The position numbers and the translations under genes were made by a program. Source: the human T2T-CHM13v2.0 reference genome, Homo sapiens. From it: DNA of 64,000 bases. The DNA lies in the NCBI RefSeq assembly GCF_009914755.1, contig NC_060932.1; one strand, 5' to 3'. Shown here one piece after another: positions 13,721 to 30,031 of this stretch; positions within the stretch are counted from its first letter, which is position 1, and every line of letters starts with the position of its first letter. The notes under the pieces were generated by a model, which saw nothing but the letters and a program-made list of their open reading frames with translations, was not told the origin of the DNA and searched no databases.

Positions 13721-14933
13721 CTCAAGAAATTCTTAGCTACCCCCATCCCTCAAGTGAGACAGGAAGGTCAGATGGGGCTGGAATAGGGAAACGTCTTCCC
13801 CTCCAGGTGGGATATGGCTCGAGTAAAATTGTTTTTCCTGCAGAGGAGGAGGCTTTGGTTATGGGGAATCCTCTGGACATGTTTCACAATATCACTCTTC
13901 CCTTCTCCTTTCAGGGCAATGAGGGCTTCCATTCTGGCTCTTCACCATGATAACCTTGGGGGCTTCCTGGATTTAAAACCCAGGAAAGCAGGGGTTGAGA
14001 AGGGAGAGCCTTTGACCATGGTCTCTAGCAGTTTTTCACTCTCCTAAATGTCCACGTTCAGCCTCCAGCAAGTTGTCGAAATCACCGTAAGTGTTCCTGC
14101 TAGTTCATGGTTTCAGAGCTTCCATTCCAGGTTAGCTCATCTCAGCTGTGACTCCAGATTTCCACGCAATGGGTTTGCCCGGAGCCCTCAGTTCCCTAAT
14201 GGGTCCAAGAAAAGTCATTGATTTTTCCATTTATTTGGCTTTTTTTTTTCTTTTTTAAAGGAGTAAAGTAGTTACTTTCAGTCTTTTTACTTGTAGCGAC
14301 CGAAACCAGAACTCTGAAATACTTTATAAGGACTCAGCAAATAAAGCTTTTATTATTTTTTTCTCCTAAGAAGATATAGGATTTCTTTTGAAGTTTGGTT
14401 ATTCAGTCCCTGTATATGAATTACTTTTTTTTTTTTTTTGAAGAATTGCTGAATATTTATTATCATCAGAATTTTTCAGTTTTCTTCAGAATCCTGGTCA
14501 CATAGATGACCTTGAATATTGGCTGATGTTTTTCCCTTGAAGCTCATCATCAAAAATTACTAAAGCCTGACATGTGGCAGGCTAGGAGGGTCCCATGGAT
14601 CCTGCACATTTGTGCTTGCTGTGTGTCTGCTGTGAGGAGAGTATCCGACGGCCTCTACGTGCTGCACGTTTGTAACCTGCGGCAGGATTCCCATGGCTAC
14701 CACTCTTGCCCTGGCTGCTTCCAGGCAGTGAATGAGCACAATGTGGACTAGAGCTGGGCCATGTCTGCTGGTGTAGGACAGTCTTTGCCCTGGGGTTCCC
14801 CACTGGCAATGCTGAAATTTTCTGCACTGTAGTCTGAGGCTCCCCCGACTCCAAACCTTTTCACAGGTGTTAATTGACATCATGTTCTGAAGACTTTCCC
14901 TACTCAATCTTGCTCCCTCTCCCCTTCATCTTT

Positions 14934-15256
<323 letters not shown>

Positions 15257-16418
15257 CCCCTTTATCTTTCACAGGCATTTCCCAATAAATTTATTTCCTT
15301 TCTAATTCCTGTTGATAAATGCTTCATGGAGCACCCAAACTGGCATAGTTTATGATTTCTGATGTTCTATTCTATTCCGTTACTGTGAAAGGAGACCTGG
15401 TTTTCCATCACATTCTCCCCTAAGTGAGAACTCTGGGGAAGACACACTGACTGCTAGATTTTGCTTAGGATGTGCAAGCAACGTATGTCTGTCAGGCTTT
15501 GTCTAATCTGTGTTCTAGAATAAGGGGAGCTTATTCGAGAATGTCAACTTTCAAGATTGGACGTTTTTACTTTCTCTAAAATACTTCATTTTAGAGAAAT
15601 GAAGTATTTTTTTTTCTTAAAATAAAATTATCTGGTGTTTTCCCTAAGGGCAAATGCCAGGAGCATATGCTCTATATGTTTTGCCTCGGGTGGGGTTGGG
15701 GTTAAATCCAGGGAGCATATACCCCGGGTTGAGGGCCAGGCGTATGCTCTCTGGAAGGTTATGTTTTATTTGAAGCCATTGTTAGAAATACAGCATTCTC
15801 ATGAATTGTCTCCTTTTAACCTCTCTTCTCATTCTTGTCCTCCTTTTCACCTAAGCCCTAAGTGAGCCTGATGCTCTGTGGTTACAATCCCACCCTTGGA
15901 CAATGCCCGCCATCAAGTATTCCTTGTTGTCACTTGTCATCCTCATCCTACACTCTTTCTATCACAGAAATGTCCTGGGACCTTTCACGCATTTATGACC
16001 TCCCCACGCTCCATGCCATTCTTCTCCTTGACATTGTATGTTTGTTTCAATGTTTACTTCAGAGAGGTCTTGGGGGCTATGGACTTCAATTCCATTAGCC
16101 ACATCACAATTTTCAACAAGAATCTCCTGACTGAAATGTACTGAAATGGAAGAGAAAGTCTTCTCACCAGAATTGAGGAATGTCAAGGCTGGAAGGTATC
16201 TTAGAGATCATCTAATCCAGTTCTTGCTTCAGAAACGATTCAGGGAAGCAAGTGAAGTGACTTGGACTTTACCTATGGTAATACTCTCTCCCCACCCTCA
16301 ACACTGCCCAGCTGGCATTTCTGTAGCCCCAACACCTCCCCCACACTGTGCCTTGGTGAGTGTTCACCAAGGAACGCTGCATTTTGATAAGCCTCAGTAA
16401 TCAAGAGCAGCCTCTGCC

Positions 16419-16426
16419 CATAAATA
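16419..16426 (+). promoter_or_regulatory. DEFB104: TATA-like box of DEFB104
   Basis: CATAAATA ~79 nt upstream of the ATG at 16498. Confidence 0.55.
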
Positions 16427-16497
16427 CACCTGCCCTGCTCCTGCCTGGGGTGATTCCCTCCGACTTGCGTCTGCTTCTCGCCAGCAGCCCCAGCATT

Positions 16498-16555
16498 ATG
16501 CAGAGACTTGTGCTGCTATTAGCCATTTCTCTTCTACTCTATCAAGATCTTCCAG
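16498..16555 (+). CDS. DEFB104: Beta-defensin 104, coding exon 1 (signal peptide)
   Basis: MQRLVLLLAISLLLYQDLP G|gtaaaa; 58 nt, phase 1. Confidence 0.97.
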
Positions 16556-17947
16556 GTAAAAAGGGACTCTCAGCTGGAAATATACACAGTTGCTGGGGAT
16601 GACAGGGGGAGAAGAAAAACATTTGATTTAGAAAATAAATCCTGAAGGATGGAGTAACCTTCTTCAATCTCAGCCTTTTTTCTCTTTGCTTTCATTGGGT
16701 CCATTAGTAAAATGCAGTATGTGGCAGTCCTTGTATGCACCTTACAGCCACGAGGCTTACTAGCTCAAGGAGGAAAAAAGAAACGTAGGGATCAGGAGTC
16801 CTAGATGTCCTTGGCACCCTGGCCACACACGGTAACAATTCCTCATGGAATCCTCAGCAATGAGGACTCACTAGCCATGCTTGTTCCATTGCAGGGCAAC
16901 AGCAATTATTCATTGTTGATTTTGTAGAATAAGATGCCTTCCCCCATCCTCCTCCTTCTGAACAGCTTTACTCTGCACAGAAAAGGGCGCCTACTCATCC
17001 TCCTAAATTTTGCAACTTTTCATATCAAGTCAGATGATTAGGGTTAAAGGGGATGCAGTGATTTCAGTAGGCAAGAACGTAATTTACTGACAACACAAAT
17101 AGCAGGTGCCTTTGAACTCTGCTCAGGAAATTTTAGACTGAGATGTCAGCAATCTTCTGACTCCTACGTTAATCTATGTCCCCAGAAGCATGTATTTCTT
17201 AATATATTTGCAATGGATATGAGAGAGCACCTAATCTAATTCCCTTCTTTTACAAGCTGAGCAGCATTCTCTATAGTACAGTGAGAGAAAATAAGATTTT
17301 TAGAGTTGCTTAACAAGTCTAGCAGTGCTGGGACGAAACCAATTGTTTTGACTCGTAGAAGCCATCGGATCTTCTCTTCCAAGCTGCTCAGTCAATTTTA
17401 TGGGGCTTTGACAGACACCCAGCACCCATCTTTTTGCCCTTCCGGGCTGTGCCTCCACTGTGATTCAGATGGGTTAATGATTTTTTTTCAGAGGGTACCT
17501 GTTTAGGTTAACTCTTCCTTTTTCTTTCTTCCCGTGTCATTTCCCAAAGACACTTCTGTGAAATTCTGCTATGGGCATGTTCCAGGTCTGTTAAAATATG
17601 ATAGCAATTTATCAAAGAACAGGTTTTCTTCAACCTTTGATCCCAAGACAAAGAACTTGGGATGGAAAGCCTGGGTCAGGGATCCCTCCAGATCCCGAAG
17701 AATGCACCGCAGAGCTGGCTGCCATTATCCACACTTGGCTGCTGAGGGCTGGGTCAGACTGTCCTCTGCAGTTGAATTCTGAGAAAGACCATTAGCAGGA
17801 AGAGGATTAGGGAGGGAAGTGGCAGAAGTGGGTGAGGGTGAATGACATGCGCTGCCTGCCTCTTCTCCTGCCACCCCTGCTTTGGGTAAGTTTGGCTGTC
17901 ACACACTATCAGCCCCTCAGATACCCACAGGGACTGGGGATGGGTGC

Positions 17948-18930
<983 letters not shown>

Positions 18931-20317
18931 TAGAGCAGAGGAGGAAAATTGCTTATGCAAGAAAGAAACTAGTGTAGTGTAGTCTACCCTGGAATGTATT
19001 TATTGCTTAGGAAATGTTTATTACTCAGCCTTAGTGTATGGACTGCATTCTCCCTTTTGCATTCTGTTTACTGAGACTGTAAGACATACCAACTAGGTTT
19101 CTGTTCCAGCTTTGACACATAAGTTGCTGTGTGACTTCAGATTAGTCACTTTCCTTCTCTGAGCCTTCATTCCCATCTCTAAATAGATGGCCTGTGAGGG
19201 CTTGTTTGAAACTGACAGTCTAACATTTTAAAGGTTGTGTTCTCTTCCTAGTCTATTCTCCTTCTCCCCTAACGCTAAGCTTCGTTTTCCCTGAGCAAGC
19301 ATGCTGTCCTCTTTTTCCTCCTCTAACTCCAGGTTGTAAAGCGACCTGCCACAGATATGTCAGAAGGCACATATCTGCTACTCAACCTCCACCTACTCCC
19401 TCAGCATGATACACACTGCAGCCCACCTCACTCCTTTCTTCATTGCCTTGTACTGTGACCACAAGGGCTTGCTTTTGAATGAAGCCTACAGCAAAACAGT
19501 CTTTCCTCATCACCCGCTGTGGGGCCATTCCAAATATTAACCCCTTCAATATCCTATCCAGCACATGAATTGGTCAAACTGCCTTTTAGTCCTCACCTAC
19601 ATCCTGGACAAAGAACCTTGATACCTAAGCATCAGAAACAGGAGGCTTCTCTTTACCAGAACAAATGAAAGACATAAAACCCTGGTGCGAGGATTAGCAG
19701 CCCGTTTCTGCTTTGTAGAAAAGGAACAGATGCAACAGGGGAGAAGGACTTAAGGCTAAGATGAAATTAGGACTCTTGGGCCCCGACCTCTGCAAAGAGG
19801 TCCATTTGCAGCCCTGACTCTCCTCTCCCCAGGGTTCTTCTGACACCCTCTCCCAAGCCTGGCTCCTGCTGAGTTTGCTAGAGAACCTCTAGCAAAGCTC
19901 TCTCCAGCGAGACTCTCTCGGTCCACCTTACGCTGTCCTCCCTACCATCAGCCTTGCTTCTGGGTTTTCCTGATATCTCTGTAAGATCCTATCAGTGTGG
20001 CATGTGAGATAATGAGTTTTACAAAGCTGCTTTCAGCCTCAGAGAGCGCACCCTGAGACTGAGAAGCTAAATCCATGTCTCCTGAAAACTGCTCTGGGCC
20101 AACGGCCGAACAATCAGGATTCTGCTCCTTTCTAGTTTCCTCCTCTCTACTTGCAACCACTCTAGTTTATTCTGGTCTAGTCTATCCAATCATTTACTCA
20201 CCACGTCCTTATTGAGAACAGGCTATGTTCCTGGTAGCAGTTACACAATGGTAAGCAACATAAACATGGGCCTCATTGTCAGGGAGCTCATAGTTCGAAT
20301 GAGAATAGCAAATAACA

Positions 20318-20422
20318 AAATATACATACATATATACATATCTATATCTATGTCTATGTTTGTATGTATCTCTCTCTATATAGGTATATATATATATACC
20401 TATATAGATACATAGATATATA
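20318..20422. repeat. (TA)n-like low-complexity repeat
   Basis: atatacatacatatatacatatctatatctatg... Confidence 0.8.
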
Positions 20423-21050
20423 ACTACAACTTGCGATAGGTGATATAAAAGAATAACAAATGCATAGGGAGAAAAATACTTTTGGGGCATTTGAATACAC
20501 GAAGAGGACAGAGAAAGATTTGCCCAATATTGGGAACTTAAGGTTGAGACATAAAAGTTCAAAGAATTCACTTATGGGAAGGAAGAAAAACCTTCCAGGC
20601 AGAGGGGACAGTGCACGTGAAGGTACCAGGATAGCAAAGAGTAAGCTCACACGGAACAGAAGGGAAGCCGGCGAGAGTTTCATGGACAGAGTGAGGGCCA
20701 CAGTGGAAAAGCATGGGTCTGAAAAAGTGGCCCAAGATCAGATCACGATTGCTTTGGAGACCAAGTAAGGGGCTTGGAGAGATTTAATAAAGAAAACAAT
20801 AGTAAACTTGCAGGGATTTTGAAAATAAGTGTGACATGGAATGATGTACATTTTCAAACAAAATCCATGCTGGTTGGGAATCAGAAGGTCAAGTCAATCA
20901 TCTAGGAAAGTGGAGGAGGATGGGGGTCCAGGAAAACCTCTACCACCATGCACTAGCATTCTCTATCCCCCTCCGAAAACACCTTCTACCAAAGCCTTGC
21001 CTTTTGGTGCCAGTAAGCAATGAATGACAGTGCCATATCCTGTTATCTAG

Positions 21051-21211
21051 TGAGAAGCGAATTTGAATTGGACAGAATATGTGGTTATGGGACTGCCCGT
21101 TGCCAGAAGAAATGTCGCAGCCAAGAATACAGAATTGGAAGATGTCCCAACACCTATGCATGCTGTTTGAGAAAATGGGATGAGAGCTTACTGAATCGTA
21201 CAAAACCCTGA
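21051..21211 (+). CDS. DEFB104: Beta-defensin 104, coding exon 2
   Basis: gttatctag|TG AGA AGC..., encoding (V)[52 protein letters not shown]. 58+161=219 nt = 72 aa + stop. Confidence 0.97.
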
Positions 21212-24200
21212 AACGCAGTAGTGCTGGTCCCTAGAGTCGCTGGAAGTAGGACCTCAGTAGCTTTCCTTCCTGCGGTCTAGCAGCAAGGGCATCCCCATTG
21301 CAACCACGGGTTCAGTTATCAAAGAAGGTTTGCTGAGCTTCCACTCAATGCAAAGCCAATATAGGAGATTGAAGAAGAATACAGGCTGGAAAGCCGCCTC
21401 TGGTTGTGATAATGGAGAATAACAATGGGAGTTAAGCATGAGTTTCAACACTTTATAAGTTGAACAAAAAATATGTCTACCTAATCAGCTATAAACCTAA
21501 GAAAAACATCATTTTTATCCTGATAATATTGGTTTTCTTTTCCGATCGAAAGTTTTGCTCAGGAGTTATATATATCGTGTGTTAATTAAAATGTAAAGTA
21601 AATCAATGTTAAGTGTGCCTTGTTTAGAATACACTATATTTCAAAACATAGACCTCTGAGGAGAAAAACAAAAGAGGTGATGTGTGATGACAAGCTTGGG
21701 AACCCATTGGAGCTTAAGGGGTTGATCAAGTGGGCGTCTGTGGAGGGTCCCATCCAGCAGAGGGCAGCAGAGAGCAGCCCTGCGCTGAGCTGTGGATTCT
21801 TGATCCTGAAAACCTGTAAAGAAAGGTGAGTGATGAAACATTTGACCTGCCTGCCTTTCCTGTCCAAACCAAATTTTAAGGTAGTCAAAAGCTTCTGTCT
21901 TCGAAAGCAGTCCAGCTAATAAATGAGGAGTGTCGCCATTTTGCAAACACATAGGGAAACAGGGATCTAGCCAAGGAATGTCAACAGCGATTAAAATAAG
22001 CCAGAAAGACAACCTGCTACCCTGTGCTTCCTAATAGAAGGACATAATGCCACGTACGAGCTTCTAGTCATGGTAAGCAGCATCATCCTCACCTTGTCAG
22101 GGTGGAAACTGAGGCTGCATTGTGCCCTTTCTACCAAAACAGTGTAATGGCCCTTCGCGTAGGCATCGCCCAGCCTCAATATGTGGTTAGTCTTGTTTCA
22201 TCCCTTGATAACTCTCTCCTAGATTATCTCAAATAAAAATAAATTATTTCAAAGGTGCCCATTTGAAAATACTCTAGAAGGTGTAACTCAGGGGGAAAGA
22301 ACTCGTTTTGTAAAATAGAACCCCAATACTATTATCACCCCTGGAAAAAATCAGCATTCATTCCTAAATACAATTTAACAGCCAATCTGTATTCAAATGA
22401 CCCTGAGCATTTCATAAGTGCCTTTTTAAGAGTTGATTTATTAGAATCTGGATCCTGGAAGGTCCACATACTGCCTCAGGTTGTTTACCTCCAAGGCCTC
22501 TTGCACAGATGGTGATGTGTACTTCTATTCCATCTATAAAATATTGTGCTGAAAATTGAGTGCATATCTGGGCAAGCCCCTAGGTCTCAACACTGCAATT
22601 ACAGGAAAAGAAGAAACTACTGAACCACCCCCAAGGATGCCACACTCCAAATGCAACATACAGAACACGCTATAAGACAATGTGACATTTATTTTAGTCT
22701 TACATTTTTTTAGACTCTTTTCATTATTCTCATATTTTGTATTTTATAAAATACTTTTAATACATAATCTCCTTTGATCCTCACCATAAACTCTTGAATT
22801 AGGCATGGTAAGTGTCAACATCCTCACCTTTTAGGCACTGTTACTAAGGTTCAGACGGATTAGTGGTTTTCCTAACACTGGCCACGATATTAGGCAAGAC
22901 CAGGCCTAGACCCCACATCTCAAGTGCAGTTCAGAGGCAGCACAGCATGGCATGTACAAATACGCAAAGCCTGGAATCCCAGCTCTACTGCTTAGCAGGG
23001 GACCTTGGGAAGGTGACTTATTTGACTTGTACCTTGATTTCCCCTCCTGCCGTATGGCCATTCTGCCCAACAACACTTACAAACAGAGATCCAACTGCTG
23101 ACCCTGTGCTACAATTATTTTTTGTCTCCTTTTAAAATGTAATTTGATGCCTTGCCAAGGAGGCCATCTTGTACCTCCCAATGTAAATATAGAGCAAAGC
23201 AAGGGACTTCTACAGACTTTAATCAACGCCACCCGCCGTAGTGGCCAGAGAGACAAGAACAAGCAGAAAGCAAAGCTATCTCATTGTCAGATAACGTAGA
23301 AAGCCTTGTATCGTGGTCTTCACTGAAGAGCCCTGGGTTTGGCTTGCCGTCCTGGTGTCCTATTGTTTTGCTCTCTAAAGAGGCTGGATTCTGAAACAGC
23401 GCCCCCTCCCGCCCTCAGGTGTAATTCACATAGTCATATTAATGAACTGCTATCCTCAGCACTTAACGACATCACAAAGTCGCACTACTTTAATTTCAGG
23501 GCTTTACAGTAAAAGAACAAAGATAGATTGTTCTATTTTATTGTTTCCAGAATTGGCAGGAAATATTTAATAATTTGTACCTGATGCACTACAAACACAA
23601 TCAGAAACCCAATAACATTGCTACTTATCTTCTATCTCCAAAGGATGGATACAGATCTGAAGTCTGTAGTTCATAATGAATGATCAGTAACCCTTTGAAA
23701 TGTGCCTAATGAAAATCAACAGAAGGAAGGATTGTTTGGATATTTTTCACTTTTTAATTTATGCGTTTTTTATTATTTGAAGTTGAGAGAGAGAGACAGA
23801 GATTGACAGAGAAAATCTCTGGGTGAGCAAATCACCACCCAGGTCCTTACTTAAATATCCAAAAGAGCAGAACTTGAAATTTTCAACGTGCAGGAGTTAA
23901 GGTTTTCCACACTGGCATATTCTCTTTCTTGCCTCCCAAGAGACATCCCATTAAATCCTGGAAAGTATGACTGTGTAAAGGGGAAACATATTGCAGCCAA
24001 GTCTGTGCTCAGAAGTTGCTATAGAATCAACTTTCTCTTGCATTACCACATGACCCAAAGAAAATTAGCCTGGAAGAGTCTCACAGGTGAGTGAAGCAGA
24101 GATTCCTATGTAGATTTTCTTATCCCTGAATTTTAGATTGTGATATGTCCACAAGGACTGCTGGGACCTCAGTTTCATAGGCACAGAGGGCCCTGTGGGT

Positions 24201-24683
24201 AAAAATAGGTGGGGTCCTGAGTCTTCCCAACATGACAAAGTCAAAGACAGACACATGGTGAGTGGTAGAGCTGCCTTTGTGGCTGAATCCGAGAGAAAAA
24301 AATGGTCAACCTCTGAGGACTGGGAAGGGGCTGAAATGCTTTCCAGTTATGAGAAATTACACCCAAAATAATAAAAGCATCATGGCACCGTGGAGAAAAG
24401 ATACTATTCCCGTGAAAAACTACATTTCTTCTTATGTCTGTGACCACCATGAACTCCTGCTCTTCCCCAAACAAATCTGTTGCCTTTCCCTTTAACTTTG
24501 AGCACCCCTTTGTTTATTTACATGGACTCCATTCTGTTAATAGTGTCTGCAGTGCATAGCCTCCTCCAGATCTTTAGTCTTTAATTAACACATATAGACA
24601 CATCGCTTTTTCACTCATCCTCCATTTCCTCTTCTTAAAATATTGGTTAGGTCTCTAAGACAGTTTTCAGTTCCAAAATGTTA

Positions 24684-25027
<344 letters not shown>

Positions 25028-28000
25028 TTAAACTTATAACAATACCATGTTTTTATTACCAAAACTAAATGGTGTTTATGCCTTAGCGCTCATGAAAGGA
25101 TTTCCTGTGTTCTTTCATATGCTGCCTTAAGAGCATTCTTGGGATGGCTGAAATGGCTACAGATCAAATCGACTTCTGAAAACACAATTCATTTTGTGAT
25201 TCTGTGCATGAAAAAGAAACAAAATACCAAAGAATATTTTTGCACAATTCTCAAAGCTACTTCTTTAACCACGATCCAAAAGCAGTTTTCTCTCCTATCA
25301 TGTAATTCTTCCTGACTGCTTTTTCCAAAGAAGACTCTAATATTTGTGTCTTTTCCATATATCAGTTATTTTCCCTAGAGGGGAATCTGTGCCTCTGTAA
25401 ATGGCATTCTAGTTGGTCTTACAGACTGGTTAGCATGTTACAATCTCAGACTTAAGAATAAGAAAATCTGCATAGGAATCTTTGCTTCGCTCTTCTGTGA
25501 GTCTCCTCCAGAGAAACTTTCACTGGGTCATTTAGTAATGCAAAAGAAGAGTCTAAATTTGATTCTGCAGAGAACTTCTGATTCCAAACTGGGCTACAAT
25601 AGGGTTTTCCTTCTCGCATTCATATTTTCCAGGATTTACCAGGATGCTACTTGGGAAGCAAGAAGGAGGATGTGCCGATGTGGAAAATCTTACCCCCTGC
25701 ACATGTGTGCAATTTCCAATAAGATCCTTCAGGAATATGTATTTGCAGAACTTCTTATTTGACAATAAAATCTTGATCATTTTACTTTAGCCCACCTACT
25801 TAGTCCAAACGAATCAAGATACCACATACTAAGCAGCTTAAAAAAAAAAGAATATGATTTATTGATTGAATGGACCAAAAAAAACTTGAAACAATTATTA
25901 GAATATTCTATAATGGGTTCTGCCATCCTCCCCCTCAGGATGGATGTGGCTTTTAGCAAGAGAATTATTCAAAGATTTTTTTAGGACACAGAAATCTGGC
26001 AGAAGAGGACAGGAGCTGAGAGCATTGTTGTGTTAGGACAGATGTAACATTAATTGCCTTTATTACGACTTCACCAGCTTTTGCCTGTCAAAGAGCAGAA
26101 CTAGGCTTTCCCGGCTGCTCTTTTTTAAGATTGTTCTTTTCAGAAGCATGGAAGAGGGGGCTTACTTTATCTCAAGACGTAGACAAAGGAAGTGAGATCT
26201 AACTATTTTTGGCTCAGTTTCTTCATTTAAATAATTTCAAATAATTCTAACGACTTAAAAGAAGATTCCGTTACCTGGGTGGTAATTACTCAAATGCTGT
26301 TATATTTTAAGTCATGATTTTGATTAATGATTCATTACTATTAATATCTGAATGGTGGAATAGGCTTGTTTTTGTTTTCTTTCCTTTTATAGAGAAGATA
26401 AAAATATATAGAAATAAGTTACCAATATACTCCAAAATTTCCATCACTGTTATAAAAGATCCACATTCCAAGTTTAAATAATTACAAATACAACTGTAAG
26501 AAGTTGCTATTGAACTAGAGTATAAAAAATACCCAGAGTATGTAGATGAGCGAATAAATCTTCATTTAGGGTTGAGGTAGAGCAGCTGTCTACCTCCTTT
26601 CTTGACTGTCTATGTTCTTCCAACATCCAATTATCAGAATTTGATGCAGTAAGTGATTAAAGAAACTTATCATGGGCCAGTTGTCACCTATCTCCGCAGT
26701 GTTGCCCTGTGCTCTTGGAATTGGAAGACTTCCTAATTCCTTAAAGTGAAAGGATGTGAATGATGCTCCTGCTCTCCCTGACCAGCACCTCATGCTTTGC
26801 AGTGGAGAATCTGTCCTGAGACCCAAAAGATAGTGGCCTCCGCATTGTGCTGCCAGGGCAGCTGCTATGTGCACCTGTCCGCAGCTGCAAACCTTCCGCC
26901 CTTTGCTGGTGCTTCAGCGGATGCCCAGGTCTCTATTGTCATTGCTGCCTCTTTCTCCATTTGCTTCCAGCTTTCTCCAGGTAGAGAGTAAGTATTTTTA
27001 TTTACACAAATGACCTAAGTTGTTTTCTCTGTCTGGATTAAAATATACATGCAAATGAGACATATGAGATAAGCACTATCTTTTCCAGACATCACTGATG
27101 TTACATTGGATGCTATGTGAATACAAAACTCTTCAACCAAAGCCTTCTTCACTTTAGTTAAGTCCAGAGCAGACTGTCTGGGTTACATGCATACCTGAGC
27201 TAATGTAGCCAAGTAAGAAACACACACTTGGTTAAAATGCTTAAAAAGATGAAGGAGAAGGGAAGACAAGTCCTCTGCTTGGATATTACTAGAGGAGAAA
27301 ACCCAGACTCAAACACAGATTTTTTTTTTCTTTTTTAAAAGAATTGAATTGGACCCAGTGACATCAACAGGAGGTGTCTGGGGGTAAAGAGAATGGAAAG
27401 GGGAGAGAAAAATCAAGACAACTCAAATAAGTTAAAATAGAAAGGAGGGGGGTCCAAAGTGAGGAAGGAGAAGTGGAGGGGACCAAGAAACAGGGAAAGA
27501 GACTCAGAGAGGAGAAGAAAAAGAAAAGAACATTTTGAGCAGCCTTGGAACTCTCTGTATAACTTCAGGAAGGGATAGTTTGTAAAACCAGGTCCTACCT
27601 GTTATGTTGTGTGTCTTATGCATGATTTTTTAACACTAAAATAAAAACGCTCAGCCAACAGGATAGAATCGACATGGCAGTTTATTTATGTCCCTGTTCT
27701 CATGAACATTAGGGGGCTTTTGAGAAGCGTTTGAGGACATTGGCAACTTTATGATAGTTATGTTTGTTCTGCCCCTCCATGCCTTTCATCTTTCTGTTTC
27801 TCTCTGTTCTTCCTTATTCACCAAACCCACCCAAGGCATTCAGGCGTATTATTTACTTCCTGAAATATGTGTCTCAAGTGTTTGTTCCACCAGCAGTGGG
27901 ATAGTAGCGTGTCCACATTGTCCTTTGAGAATGAGAAGTCATCCTGGAGCACAGCTCTTCCCACGCTCCGGGCCCACACACCCAGCCTCACTCCATCAAA

Positions 28001-28062
28001 GGAGCCCCGCTGCCTGCCCACCCACCCTGGGTGCTTTCTGACTTGCAGTGCTCTTGGCAGAC

Positions 28063-28123
28063 ATGAGGCAACGATTGCTCCCGTCCGTCACCAGCCTTCT
28101 CCTTGTGGCCCTGCTGTTTCCAG
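28063..28123 (+). CDS. SPAG11: SPAG11 (EP2/HE2) coding exon 1, promoter-A signal peptide
   Basis: MRQRLLPSVTSLLLVALLFP G|gtaaaa; 61 nt, phase 1. Confidence 0.96.
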
Positions 28124-28648
28124 GTAAAATGGAAAGGTGACCCGGGTCTGGGTGCCAGAATCTCTCCGCAATGGTCATCTGAGGTATGGGAGTCCAGGCT
28201 GGACAGGGAGAGATGAAGTCCTTGGGGCATGTATTCCTGGTGGAGCTTTGGGTACGAGTCTCTGAACTGGGTTCATAAATGGCACTCTGAATTGGCTGAT
28301 GGCACTTGCTTCCCAGGGAAGAGTGTCCCTCCCCGACTCCATTTTCTTATCCTTTTAACATTCCCCTTTCCCTTACAGAGAAGAACATTACATTTTAGGG
28401 AATCTTAACAACTGCATTAGTGACACTTGAAATAAATTCTCTGGCTGTGCTGGCTTTGAGGAGGTGCTCAGACTCACCATTCATGGCATACATTTCTTAC
28501 ACTTCATTCACCTTCTCTCTCTACACATAGGTGCATACAACGCATGTGCACAAATGTGCACACACACGGAACACTAGCACCCCTCCCAACTCCCCCACCC
28601 AATCACCCATGCTCACTCACCTGGTAGAGTGTAGGTGCCTCATGCTGA

Positions 28649-28954
<306 letters not shown>

Positions 28955-30031
28955 TGAGCAGTCATTGTTTGGGGAAGACATGGTGCGGGTGCATTGGGCT
29001 GCCCTGCCTGTCAGGGAGACCACGGGGTCTCACAGCTTCCCCTGGGGCTGGATCATTGAGGGCCTTGTGGAACGTGGGAGTATTGAGGGGCCAAAAGGCA
29101 ATTTATCTGAAGCCACACCTGTAATTGCTGGCTTCCTCCAAGAACAGGTGCCAGAGGAGACACTGGTGGAAACATGGCCTCCTGCCAGGTTGCAGCCCCA
29201 TGCCCTTAGCTTTGGAGGTCGTTCCCGTTCAAGGAATTTACTGAATACCTACCTACTAAGTTTCAGGTGTCCATTGAGGTCTGGGAAATGCTTCCTGAGG
29301 ATGGGGGCAGAGAATAGACTGTATTGTCAGTCTACTCAGGCAAGGAGGTAGCAGGACATGGCAAGGGACAATTGAGCCCACAGCCACTCTTCTGGACTCT
29401 TCCAGAAGGGCCAGGCTTCTGGTCAGCCCCCAAACCCCTGGGCAGGACCAGCTTCAAATCCAAAAGGGCCTGGAAGAGCCTGTAGTTTCCAAGATGCTTC
29501 TTTAATGCCAAGCTGATTGCTGACCCTAAGACAGGGAGAACTAGGTTAGCAGATCAGTGGGCAAGAGCAAGAAAGACAGGAGGGTGTTGGCAAATTGCTG
29601 TGACATCCAGCAAATAAAGTCCTGCTGAATTTGATGCCTGCAGCATCCTACCCAACCTCCCATCCCTTTCTAATTGGCCCACAGTTCCAAAGGACTCATT
29701 CATCTGGATCTCCTCCCAAGGGAAGGGAAAAAGAAAACTCAATTATTACACAACAAATATAAACAGGTGCAATAGTAGGCGTGTGTTATTTAGTCTAACA
29801 GTATTCCTGTGAGACAGGATTATTCCTTCCTTTGGTTAAAGGAGATTTAGTGGGGCAGAGCTATATATCTGGAGTTGATGTTTTAGTTTGGAACTTGAAG
29901 CTATTAACTATGGAAAGCTGTTTCATATCCATGCCACCCCCACCCTGTCCCTCACGGCTCAAATGACCACTGTTTGATTCTGGAGATGGTCTTAAGAAGC
30001 TAATGTTGGATTTTTTCTTTTTTTAATGAAG

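Noticed and set aside
25610-25770. Strong acceptor (ttttccag at 25632) followed by Cys-containing frames (CYLGS.., RRRMCRCGKSYPLHMC) and AATAAA; possible defensin pseudo-exon
   Set aside because: Needs several indels, has no CC pair and no matching leader was found. Only a frameshift-aware HMM or orthologue alignment could rescue it.
27680-27720. Androgen-response-element-like TGTTCT half-sites upstream of SPAG11
   Set aside because: No full 15-bp element with correct spacing, and half-sites are too frequent to call.
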